In this document: in pieces, positions 33,059-40,270 of the stretch
How the letters are laid out: every line of letters begins with the position of its first letter
Numbering within the stretch: the first letter of the stretch is position 1
Origin: Alphaproteobacteria bacterium
Lineage (GTDB): Bacteria; Pseudomonadota; Alphaproteobacteria; UBA2136; UBA6156
Direction: 5' to 3'
Assembly (NCBI GenBank): GCA_027483385.1
Contig: JAIXUT010000195.1
Location: 1 to 62,679, forward strand
Length of the DNA stretch: 62,679 nt
Made by a program: the position numbers and the translations under genes
Notes under the pieces: generated by a model
What the model was told of the DNA's origin: nothing
What the model saw: the letters and a program-made list of their open reading frames with translations, nothing else
Database searches by the model: none

Positions 33059-34597
33059 ATGAAACAGATTTTAATTCTTTTGTTTTTATTGCTTGCCAGC
33101 ATAGGCTATTCGCAACGACTTAATGTACCCATTGCAGGAGGATGGTCTTTGGCTGGTAATGCCGCTACGGCGGGTAGTAATTTTATTGGAACGACTAATC
33201 TTACATCGTTACGGTTTAGGACAAATAATGTGCAGCGAATGATTTTAGACTCGCTTGGTAATATTGGCATTGGCACGTTATCACCCAGCGATAGGCTTCA
33301 TATAGTAGCGACTGCCGGAACAAACCCGAAGATAAAAATAGGTGATTCAGACCTAATAAACCCTTTTTCCTCAATCGAGGGGATTTCAAGCACAGTTGGG
33401 GTTATTGAAACATTCAATACTGCATCGGGCGGTATGCTTTACCGTGGCTATTCTATGAATAGTAGTACTCCGGGATTGGTGTTTTTAGGCCTTACGGGTA
33501 GTAACACTCCATCTGTTTCGGCTGTTGAGTTCCGTGCCGGGAAATTATCAGGTACGACATTTGCGCCGTTGGGTAACACCGAAATAGCTTATAATTTCAA
33601 AAATAACGATGGAACACAAAGTTATATGACTATTTTAGGTTCCAGTAATGTGGGTATAGGTGTATCAAGCATAGGCGCTCGTCTTCACGTTGCTGGTTCT
33701 ATTCGTGCAGATAGTATGCTTATCGTTCGCGGTACAAACGCTACCGGGGCGGGTATTGAGATGATTAATACGACTGCAAGTACAGGGGTTAATTGGAGTT
33801 TCGAATCTCGTAACGCTGGCGATTTGCAATTCTGGCGCAACGGCACTTATCGGGGCAGATTTGCAGGAACCGGATTTTTCTGGCAAGGTGCAGGTAGTTT
33901 TGGCGCTGCCAATTCCACCGTAGCAGAATCATTGATTTCTGCTACGGATTCCAGCGCATCCACTAATGCAATTGCTGTTGAAAATAAGTTGACCGGCGAC
34001 GCTACGTTTATCGCAAAAACAGCCACATCGGGAGGCGATCCGAAACTATTATTTGTGAACAACACTACTACTGCGGGGTACATTGGTGCTGATCGTACTG
34101 ATTCTCTTGCGGTTATTATGGGATTAGGTAGTGCAGTAGGCACAAACGCCAGAATGCGCGGATCTGCTGCTGGTATTGCTTTAGGCATAAACCCGGCTCC
34201 TCCTACAAACGGTGCTGAAGTACGCTTACAAGGGGATGTTATCATTGACCGGGTAATAGCGAACTCGCCAAAACCAAGTTGCTTGTATGTTGCAGCAAAC
34301 GGTTCGTCAGGCACTTGTACCGTAACCTATGGAGGTGACTTGGCGTTCCATTTTGAGGCCCAATCGGGTAACACACCATCCTTGGCGGACTACCTTACTA
34401 TTACTTTTGCTAATCCGCTGCCTTTGAACCACAAGCCCGTCGCTTCAATTACACCCGCGCTTTTAGGAGGAGTTGGCTCCGTTTACCAATTGTATGTGGA
34501 TGAACAGAATAAGTTTAATACAGGTTTTAGGATTAAGCGGGACGGTACAAGTTCGTCAGCCTTTGGAGGCGACGTACACGTTATTTCAGGCTATTAA
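33059..34597 (+). CDS. Fibre-like protein with Sec-type signal peptide
   Basis: 512 aa from ATG 33059. N-terminus MKQILILLFLLLASIGYSQ. Recurrent motifs GNIGIGTLSPSDRLHIV and SNVGIGVSSIGARLHVAG. Confidence 0.6.
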   Translation: MKQILILLFLLLASIGYSQRLNVPIAGGWSLAGNAATAGSNFIGTTNLTSLRFRTNNVQRMILDSLGNIGIGTLSPSDRLHIVATAGTNPKIKIGDSDLINPFSSIEGISSTVGVIETFNTASGGMLYRGYSMNSSTPGLVFLGLTGSNTPSVSAVEFRAGKLSGTTFAPLGNTEIAYNFKNNDGTQSYMTILGSSNVGIGVSSIGARLHVAGSIRADSMLIVRGTNATGAGIEMINTTASTGVNWSFESRNAGDLQFWRNGTYRGRFAGTGFFWQGAGSFGAANSTVAESLISATDSSASTNAIAVENKLTGDATFIAKTATSGGDPKLLFVNNTTTAGYIGADRTDSLAVIMGLGSAVGTNARMRGSAAGIALGINPAPPTNGAEVRLQGDVIIDRVIANSPKPSCLYVAANGSSGTCTVTYGGDLAFHFEAQSGNTPSLADYLTITFANPLPLNHKPVASITPALLGGVGSVYQLYVDEQNKFNTGFRIKRDGTSSSAFGGDVHVISGY

Positions 34598-34644
34598 TAG
34601 AACCTTTTTAAAATAAACTCAGCATAACAACAACCAAATTAACC

Positions 34645-35520
34645 ATGAAAAACCAAACAATCATCTTTCTCTTGCTCGCGCTCTTTTCAGGCCATTTTGC
34701 AAGCATTGCCCAGGCACAAACCCAAAGTACCCCAGATTTTTCAATCGGAAAAATCATCATCATTTCGCAAACGCACCGGATCGACAATCCCGATGGCACC
34801 ACCAGTTACCATCCCGATACGCTGGAAATTGAATCCCGCAAATGGGACGATGGCACCAGTGCGGATCAATATTATATTCAAGGCAACTTGCCTTTTGATT
34901 TTAACTCAGTAAAAGGAAATGGGCACTACATGGTCGATGGGCATTATGTGCCTTTTACTTCTCGACCTACTACGCTTTTGAATATCAATCCGGCATTCAA
35001 AACGGCTGAATACGTAACTACCGCAGATGTTAAGCAGGTTTACAAAACGGCTGAATACCATACTGCTCAAGATAGTATTGTATCATCCAGCCCCATTGTA
35101 ATGGCCGTACACGATGGCGATTCGTACAAAATAAAATCGGTTGTTACGGAATGGGTGCGCATTATGGGCATTGATTGTCCCGAAGTGATCAGCAACCATA
35201 TCAAGGCCAACCAAGCCTTTGGTGTAGCCATTGGAGATAGTATTCGGGCGCTTATCAAAGGCAAGCCGGTTACCATGAAAACGTATGGCAAGGACCGGTA
35301 CCATCGCACCCTGGCGCAAGTATTTGTAAATGGGCGTGACATTGCAGAGATCATCCTGGAGCACGGGTGGGCTTGGTATTATACTTCTGATTTGGATAAA
35401 GATACCCGCAAAAAGTATCAAAAATTGCGGGATTACGCGAAGAAGAATAAATACGGAATTTGGTCGGTCCCTAATCCGGTAAAGCCTGCTGATTTTAGGC
35501 GTGCTAACTGGAAGGATTAA
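34645..35520 (+). CDS. Secreted thermonuclease (SNase-like) domain protein
   Basis: 291 aa. Signal peptide MKNQTIIFLLLALFSGHFASIAQAQ. The C-terminal half carries VHDGDSYKIK...VRIMGIDCPE...GKDRYHRTLAQVFVNGRDIAEIILEHGWAW, the staphylococcal nuclease pattern. Confidence 0.7.
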   Translation: MKNQTIIFLLLALFSGHFASIAQAQTQSTPDFSIGKIIIISQTHRIDNPDGTTSYHPDTLEIESRKWDDGTSADQYYIQGNLPFDFNSVKGNGHYMVDGHYVPFTSRPTTLLNINPAFKTAEYVTTADVKQVYKTAEYHTAQDSIVSSSPIVMAVHDGDSYKIKSVVTEWVRIMGIDCPEVISNHIKANQAFGVAIGDSIRALIKGKPVTMKTYGKDRYHRTLAQVFVNGRDIAEIILEHGWAWYYTSDLDKDTRKKYQKLRDYAKKNKYGIWSVPNPVKPADFRRANWKD

Positions 35521-35540
35521 AGTACCCAAACCCTAAAAAT

Positions 35541-35605
35541 CGCACCCGCGAGGGATGCTTTGATAAACCACCCTAAAAACGGGCACCCGCTAGGGATGCC
35601 CCGAC
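35541..35605 (+). repeat. Late-gene hairpin repeats, 2 copies
   Basis: cgcacccgcgagggatgctttgat (35541) and gggcacccgctagggatgccccgac (35581). Each is preceded by ccctaaaaa. Confidence 0.8.
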
Positions 35606-35617
35606 CAAACCACAGCA

Positions 35618-36013
35618 ATGTCTACCTTCAAAATACCCAAAGCAGCCAATATTATCCGTGATGGCGATCCTGTGATTATCACTGGCATGGGCCTTCAATC
35701 TATACGTTCGGAAGATATCTTTGTCGAAACCGGTTTTGCTTTTTTGTACGACCCAATTAAGCGAAAGTTCAATATCTACCACTACGCCAAAGTAGGGGAG
35801 GTAACCTCTTTTGAGTTTGCAACGCGCTGCGCTGCTGATCGTGAAATCCCTTTCAGCATTATTTCCAACCGAAACGGTGCAAAATTCAACCTGGTCGTTG
35901 GTGATTATGAAAAATCGACTGTGTACGGTACCAGTTTAAATAAGAACACCAAACTTATCAGCATTGCGCCCGAGCAACGCGAAGGTTTATCTGCTGAAAT
36001 ATTGAACCCCTAA
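35618..36013 (+). CDS. Hypothetical soluble late protein
   Basis: 131 aa with no TM segment. Confidence 0.55.
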   Translation: MSTFKIPKAANIIRDGDPVIITGMGLQSIRSEDIFVETGFAFLYDPIKRKFNIYHYAKVGEVTSFEFATRCAADREIPFSIISNRNGAKFNLVVGDYEKSTVYGTSLNKNTKLISIAPEQREGLSAEILNP

Positions 36014-36023
36014 ATCCCGTATA

Positions 36024-36359
36024 ATGGAAATGTTGCACAAAATATGTGTAAATGTACTGGCCGGAATACTTGGATGGGTATTCATATCGCTGCCCAAAGT
36101 TGCATCTAAAAGTATGACTTGGATCATGCTTTTATCCTCAATCGGTTTAGCCGGTGTAGTAGGTTTTGTAAGTAGCAGTTTTATCACTTACCTCATACCA
36201 AGCGCTCCGGTTGATGTTGTTGCCGCTATTTCGGCGGTATTGGGCGCATACTGTAATCATTTTATGGAGCGCATGTGGAATATCGCCGATATGGTTGCCG
36301 ATAAAATTGAGGACCAAATACACCCAGATCATACCGACAAGGATAAACCCCAACAATAA
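36024..36359 (+). CDS. Membrane protein (2-3 TM)
   Basis: 111 aa with the segments VLAGILGWVFISL, IMLLSSIGLAGVVGFV and VVAAISAVLGAY. Confidence 0.6.
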   Translation: MEMLHKICVNVLAGILGWVFISLPKVASKSMTWIMLLSSIGLAGVVGFVSSSFITYLIPSAPVDVVAAISAVLGAYCNHFMERMWNIADMVADKIEDQIHPDHTDKDKPQQ

Positions 36360-36365
36360 ACCATT

Positions 36366-36382
36366 GCAGCCGAAAGGGCTGC
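36366..36382 (+). repeat. Hairpin variant with GAAA loop
   Basis: gcagccgaaagggctgc, 30 nt before ATG 36413. Confidence 0.5.
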
Positions 36383-36412
36383 TGCTACTGTCACCAATTT
36401 CAATTTTATCAA

Positions 36413-36856
36413 ATGAAAAACATTTTAAACTTCATCAAATTCACCTGTGCAATCATTGCTTGCATGTTTGTTGCAATCATGCCCGCAATGGCGCAATCCG
36501 TTGTTGATCCTACTACGGTGGTCGATCCAACCAACCCATTGTCTTTTGTTAGCCAAAACGCCGTGGATGTGCTTACCGTAGCGCTTACCGTAATACTTGC
36601 ATTTTTCTCCGGGGCTATCCCGGCGTTGAAAAAAATCAATGCAGGTTTTTTGCGGGCATTGGCTTCTGCAATCATCATTGTAGCAGGTACGGCAACGTTC
36701 AAATTCGGTTTTTTGAACCAAGAATCGGTTGATTTTGTGTTCAAAACCTTTTTACCAAACTTCGCCTATTCCGGGCTGATATGGGAAGCAATCAAGTTTG
36801 CGTTCAAATTAGCCGGGGTTGAACTGAAAAATTATACCCCCAATACCGGCGCATAG
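36413..36856 (+). CDS. Polytopic membrane protein
   Basis: 147 aa with a signal-like N-terminus and 3 further hydrophobic segments. Confidence 0.6.
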   Translation: MKNILNFIKFTCAIIACMFVAIMPAMAQSVVDPTTVVDPTNPLSFVSQNAVDVLTVALTVILAFFSGAIPALKKINAGFLRALASAIIIVAGTATFKFGFLNQESVDFVFKTFLPNFAYSGLIWEAIKFAFKLAGVELKNYTPNTGA

Positions 36857-36871
36857 TACTCCAAAAAATTT

Positions 36872-36900
36872 GGTCCCGGTTCAATTATTGAGCCGGGGCC
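36872..36900 (+). repeat. Hairpin variant before ATG 36921
   Basis: ggtcccggtt...agccggggcc forms a 10-bp stem with two G-U pairs, followed by an A/C-rich spacer. Confidence 0.45.
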
Positions 36901-36920
36901 AATCCCAAAAGCCAAACTCG

Positions 36921-37580
36921 ATGAAACCCTCCGTTAAAGATATCTTTTTGTACCTGCTGGCTGGTGTCAGTGTGTACGCCATGCTGCATGCGCACCAATG
37001 CACCAATATCGGGACCAATAGCCCTATTGATCAGGCACCAATTGTGCTTACCGATACAGAGTACGTGAAAACCGTTATTGATCGCATCATAATTATCCGG
37101 GATACGGCAATTCAGTACCTTCCTAATCCGGATTCATCGGTGCTCATCATACAGGCAGAACCGGATACCACAGGTGGCAACAACGAGTATATGAATATCA
37201 TGGAAGGTACTTTGAAAGGGGAACAGTGTACCTATCACTATCAGGCTGGCATATCGCAGGATTCATTGCAGTTCCTTTACATAGATTCCGAGTGTACCTC
37301 AACAATACCTGAAATTGTAACATCGGAGCCTGACTATTCATTGCCTGATCCTCCAGTATTTTCAAACAAAAGCGGGAATTATCCATGGGTAGGATTCAAA
37401 TCTGGCTGGTCCCCATGGGCACCGTCAAAGGGATCCAGTTTTGGCATACACGGTGGGGTAGGTGTGTTTTATGGCGGCGTCAATATGCTCACCGGCATCA
37501 ACGCCATTCAGTTTGAAGCCGGTATGCAGTTCGTTATAAAACCCAAAGCCCGGTTATTTGCTGAAAAACCGCCCAAATAA
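36921..37580 (+). CDS. N-anchored membrane protein
   Basis: 219 aa from ATG 36921. The track start is a TTG inside the hairpin. TM segment IFLYLLAGVSVYAML. Confidence 0.55.
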   Translation: MKPSVKDIFLYLLAGVSVYAMLHAHQCTNIGTNSPIDQAPIVLTDTEYVKTVIDRIIIIRDTAIQYLPNPDSSVLIIQAEPDTTGGNNEYMNIMEGTLKGEQCTYHYQAGISQDSLQFLYIDSECTSTIPEIVTSEPDYSLPDPPVFSNKSGNYPWVGFKSGWSPWAPSKGSSFGIHGGVGVFYGGVNMLTGINAIQFEAGMQFVIKPKARLFAEKPPK

Positions 37581-37656
37581 TCAACAAAAAGCATAAACCC
37601 CAATCAACAAGTCACCTGAAAAACGCTAAGTTGCTGAATTTTAGGGCTTAATAACA

Positions 37657-37680
37657 GGTAGCCGCGAGGGCTACCGCAAC
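37657..37680 (+). repeat. Late-gene hairpin repeat
   Basis: ggtagccgcgagggctaccgcaac with a perfect 7-bp stem, 18 nt before ATG 37699. Confidence 0.75.
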
Positions 37681-37698
37681 AACGAATCCTCCAAGATT

Positions 37699-38043
37699 AT
37701 GAAATGTAACCCTGATCAAATCGAAATTAACGGGAAATGCCAAGACGCATACATGCAAGGCGATTATAACCTTGATGGTACACCGGACGTGCCTGGAAGC
37801 AGTAACGACGGCAGTAAATTTTGGGGAAAATTTGGCAGTTTTTTCGATAAATACGGCGAAGTAATTGTCAACAGCGCTGGTGAAGTGATAAAAGCCAACC
37901 AAGGCCAAGGGAAACAAACCCCTCCTCAACCTTTGCCGTCCACTACGACACCAACCAATCAAGTACCTAAATGGGTATGGGTTGCAGGAACGTTGGGGCT
38001 TGTGGCAGTAGTGGTTTTGGTGATCCGCAGCCGGAAAAAATAG
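37699..38043 (+). CDS. Cys-containing tail-anchored membrane protein
   Basis: 114 aa. The N-terminal ectodomain-like part begins MKCNPDQIEINGKCQ. C-terminal TM segment WVWVAGTLGLVAVVVLVI. Confidence 0.6.
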   Translation: MKCNPDQIEINGKCQDAYMQGDYNLDGTPDVPGSSNDGSKFWGKFGSFFDKYGEVIVNSAGEVIKANQGQGKQTPPQPLPSTTTPTNQVPKWVWVAGTLGLVAVVVLVIRSRKK

Positions 38044-38115
38044 GCTGCAAAATGCCTGTTTTTTATTCCCCAAAAAACCGAGAAAATATTCCTCAACCCA
38101 AAACATTGCCCAAAA

Positions 38116-38280
38116 ATGGCTAAGAAAGCAAAAGAAATGCCCGTCATGTTGCATGGTATGTTCAAAACCAAAGCCAAGGCTGAAGAGCGTATGGCGAAGG
38201 TAAGAAAAGAGCATCCGACGCGTAGCGTAATGGTAAGAGCCACAACGAATGGCAAATATTTCGTGAAAAGTATGGCGTAA
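38116..38280 (+). CDS. Small basic protein (54 aa)
   Basis: MAKKAKEMPVMLHGMFKTKAKAEERMAKVRKEHPTRSVMVRATTNGKYFVKSMA. It fills a gap in the track and is below the 60-aa cutoff. Confidence 0.45.
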   Translation: MAKKAKEMPVMLHGMFKTKAKAEERMAKVRKEHPTRSVMVRATTNGKYFVKSMA

Positions 38281-38360
38281 GGGCTGCCCTTGCGGCTGCC
38301 CCCCGGCAAGCGAAGCAAGCCGGGCGACCGAAAATGGGCGACCGCAAGGGATGCCCCGAC
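38281..38360 (+). repeat. Late-gene hairpin repeats (one degenerate, one extra hairpin, one canonical)
   Basis: A degenerate copy gggctgcccttgcggctgcccc (38281), the hairpin cccggc/gccggg (38302-38324) and gggcgaccgcaagggatgccccgac (38336). Confidence 0.65.
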
Positions 38361-38384
38361 GATAACCCAATAACCAAACAACCC

Positions 38385-38552
38385 ATGTGTAAACAAAAAG
38401 AAGGGGCCGAACTCGACCCAAATCAGCCCGATTGTGGCTGCACCAGCTGTAACAATCGCCGCAAATGGATGATCGGCGCAGCAATCACCGTGGCTGCATT
38501 GTCGGCAATCGGCATCTGGATGTACTTCAAACGCCGTAAGGCTGCTGCATAA
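38385..38552 (+). CDS. Small Cys-rich tail-anchored membrane protein
   Basis: 55 aa from ATG 38385. Contains CKQ...DCGCTSC, then the TM segment WMIGAAITVAALSAIGIWMYF. Confidence 0.5.
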   Translation: MCKQKEGAELDPNQPDCGCTSCNNRRKWMIGAAITVAALSAIGIWMYFKRRKAAA

Positions 38553-38908
38553 TGTCCTGCAAACTCGGTCAGTTCGATCAACAGGGCAACTACGTGTGCC
38601 CCACAGGATACCTTTCTGTGATTTTGCCCAATGCGCAACGTTGTTGTGTATTGGGTAAAGACATTACAGACGAAATGATCATTGACGCAGGCAACTTGCC
38701 GGAAGTAGTAATTTCATCAAACAAAGTCCAAGATCCTTCAATCCCCGAAAATCCAGCGAAGCCTTCAGGCACCTGGACAACTTGGATCAAAAAAAATTGG
38801 TACTGGATTGTGATGCCGTTTGCGCTTTCACTGGTGTATTACGCGTATCTGAAATTTTCACAACGTAAACGGGTAGCCGCGAGGGCTACCGCAGCAACCC
38901 CAAACTAG
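38552..38908 (+). CDS. Cys-rich tail-anchored membrane protein
   Basis: 118 aa with a TAATG overlap. Contains MSCKLG...VCPTG...RCCVLG, then the TM segment WYWIVMPFALSLVYYAYL. Confidence 0.6.
   Translation: MSCKLGQFDQQGNYVCPTGYLSVILPNAQRCCVLGKDITDEMIIDAGNLPEVVISSNKVQDPSIPENPAKPSGTWTTWIKKNWYWIVMPFALSLVYYAYLKFSQRKRVAARATAATPN
38871..38895 (+). repeat. Late-gene hairpin repeat (inside the 3' end of the preceding CDS)
   Basis: gggtagccgcgagggctaccgcagc, 13 nt before ATG 38909. Confidence 0.75.
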
Positions 38909-39337
38909 ATGGCTAAGTGCGGTCACCCTATATGTCCTGATACCAACTGCGCATTGAAGCATCCATTCAATCGCGGACGGCGCAATACGTGTAATGCCGT
39001 ACAACGTTGCATTTCAAATAGTTGCTCTACCCTCAAAGCATTGGGACCATCCGGGTTTACGTTGTACGATGTATGTATTGGCCACTGCAATGGTAGCCCT
39101 ACATCTGCAAATTACCCGACGAAATACGCAACACCTGATGCCTATTTGTGCGCGAATTTTAATGCAGTCGACCTGGTAGATTACTTTGGAATCAACCCTT
39201 GTCAAGCCAATGAATCCGATACCAAAGTAGGTCAATTGAAGGCAACCACAGCATCCGATAACACGCAAACGCAAGTAGCCTTACTGTTTATAGGCGCTGT
39301 TGCCGCAATATTGCTCATTATTTTTTACAACCGATAA
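38909..39337 (+). CDS. Cys-rich tail-anchored membrane protein
   Basis: 142 aa with 11 Cys residues in the N-terminal 100 aa and the C-terminal TM segment VALLFIGAVAAILLIIFY. Confidence 0.6.
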   Translation: MAKCGHPICPDTNCALKHPFNRGRRNTCNAVQRCISNSCSTLKALGPSGFTLYDVCIGHCNGSPTSANYPTKYATPDAYLCANFNAVDLVDYFGINPCQANESDTKVGQLKATTASDNTQTQVALLFIGAVAAILLIIFYNR

Positions 39338-39340
39338 GCC

Positions 39341-39649
39341 ATGGCCGAAACAACCGCATCCAGTAGCAGCGCTGCCGCAGGTATGGCAGCAGGTGGCGCC
39401 GATCCGGTTACCGCCATTGCCAATGCCATTGGCGAGTTATCCAAACTTACCAATAGCATACTTCAACCCGGTATAGTATCCACAAAAGCATATTTCCAGC
39501 AATTACTTAATGCGCAGGTGGTTTTTCAAAATCCATTTGCCGCACAGCAGGAAGGGCAGCGAAAAACCAATCAAATACTGGTGTATGCAGGAGTTGGTAT
39601 TATTTTTTTGATGATTGTTGCCATTTTATTTAAAAAATCCAGCAAATAA
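39341..39649 (+). CDS. Tail-anchored membrane protein
   Basis: 102 aa with the C-terminal TM segment ILVYAGVGIIFLMIVAILF. Confidence 0.6.
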   Translation: MAETTASSSSAAAGMAAGGADPVTAIANAIGELSKLTNSILQPGIVSTKAYFQQLLNAQVVFQNPFAAQQEGQRKTNQILVYAGVGIIFLMIVAILFKKSSK

Positions 39650-39651
39650 CC

Positions 39652-40188
39652 ATGAAAAAGTCCCCAAATAAAGTATTCATGATTATTGGCGTACTGGTGG
39701 CAACGGCAGTAGCCTATTTTTATTTGAGTGCTAAAAAAACGAGCACCACAAAAGACGATAAGGCGCAACCCGGCGCAACGGCCAGCAATACCGATGTTAA
39801 ACAAGATAAAACCTCCGGCCTGCAACAACAACTCGAGGAACAAGCCGCCAATGAGCGCATGACCGGGTGCAAGTATGTGCTTGATACTTTCCGGAAATTC
39901 CCGACCGATACTACCAACATCGAAGAAAAGTTCTTGAATGATGAATTTTATGCCAGTTTGAGGCAAAAAGGTATCAACAAGCAAGAAGTGACAAATGATA
40001 AATTGTTAGGCTTTTTTAAAGCCTACGATGTGGAACCGACCATCGAAATGTTAGATTATTTAGGCCTTAATCGGTTTAGCCTGTACTTGAAAAAAGATAA
40101 AACAGCTGGTAATATACCCTACAATCACGTTGTAAAGGGTAGCATGCGCTGTTTGCCCCTAGGTACACAGGCTTACCGGCTCGTATAA
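39652..40188 (+). CDS. N-anchored membrane protein
   Basis: 178 aa with the TM segment VFMIIGVLVATAVAYFYL. Confidence 0.6.
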   Translation: MKKSPNKVFMIIGVLVATAVAYFYLSAKKTSTTKDDKAQPGATASNTDVKQDKTSGLQQQLEEQAANERMTGCKYVLDTFRKFPTDTTNIEEKFLNDEFYASLRQKGINKQEVTNDKLLGFFKAYDVEPTIEMLDYLGLNRFSLYLKKDKTAGNIPYNHVVKGSMRCLPLGTQAYRLV

Positions 40189-40220
40189 AAACGATTTTGG
40201 TTAATTGGAAATGCGGGGAG

Positions 40221-40245
40221 GCCCGGCTTTTGTCGGGCTTTTCCT
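40221..40245 (+). terminator. Terminator-like hairpin before the caspase-like gene
   Basis: The stem gcccggc/gtcgggc (7 bp, one G-U pair) with a tttt loop is followed by ttttcc. Confidence 0.4.
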
Positions 40246-40270
40246 GTTCCTACAAAAACAACAAAAAACC

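Noticed and set aside
37648-38484. 278-aa minus-strand ORF and its nested 145-aa and 74-aa ORFs.
   Set aside because: It is assembled from reverse-translated hairpin repeats (RGIPCG, ASLAGG motifs) and from antisense of TM-protein genes. The + strand genes have repeat-plus-ATG contexts consistent with the rest of the operon.
18996-38895. Whether the hairpin repeats form a CRISPR array, or are rho-independent terminators.
   Set aside because: Spacing is irregular (0 to ~8 kb), with whole genes between copies, so this is not a CRISPR array. The hairpins lack a downstream U-tract and sit 10-30 nt before start codons inside a coupled operon, so they are not classical terminators.
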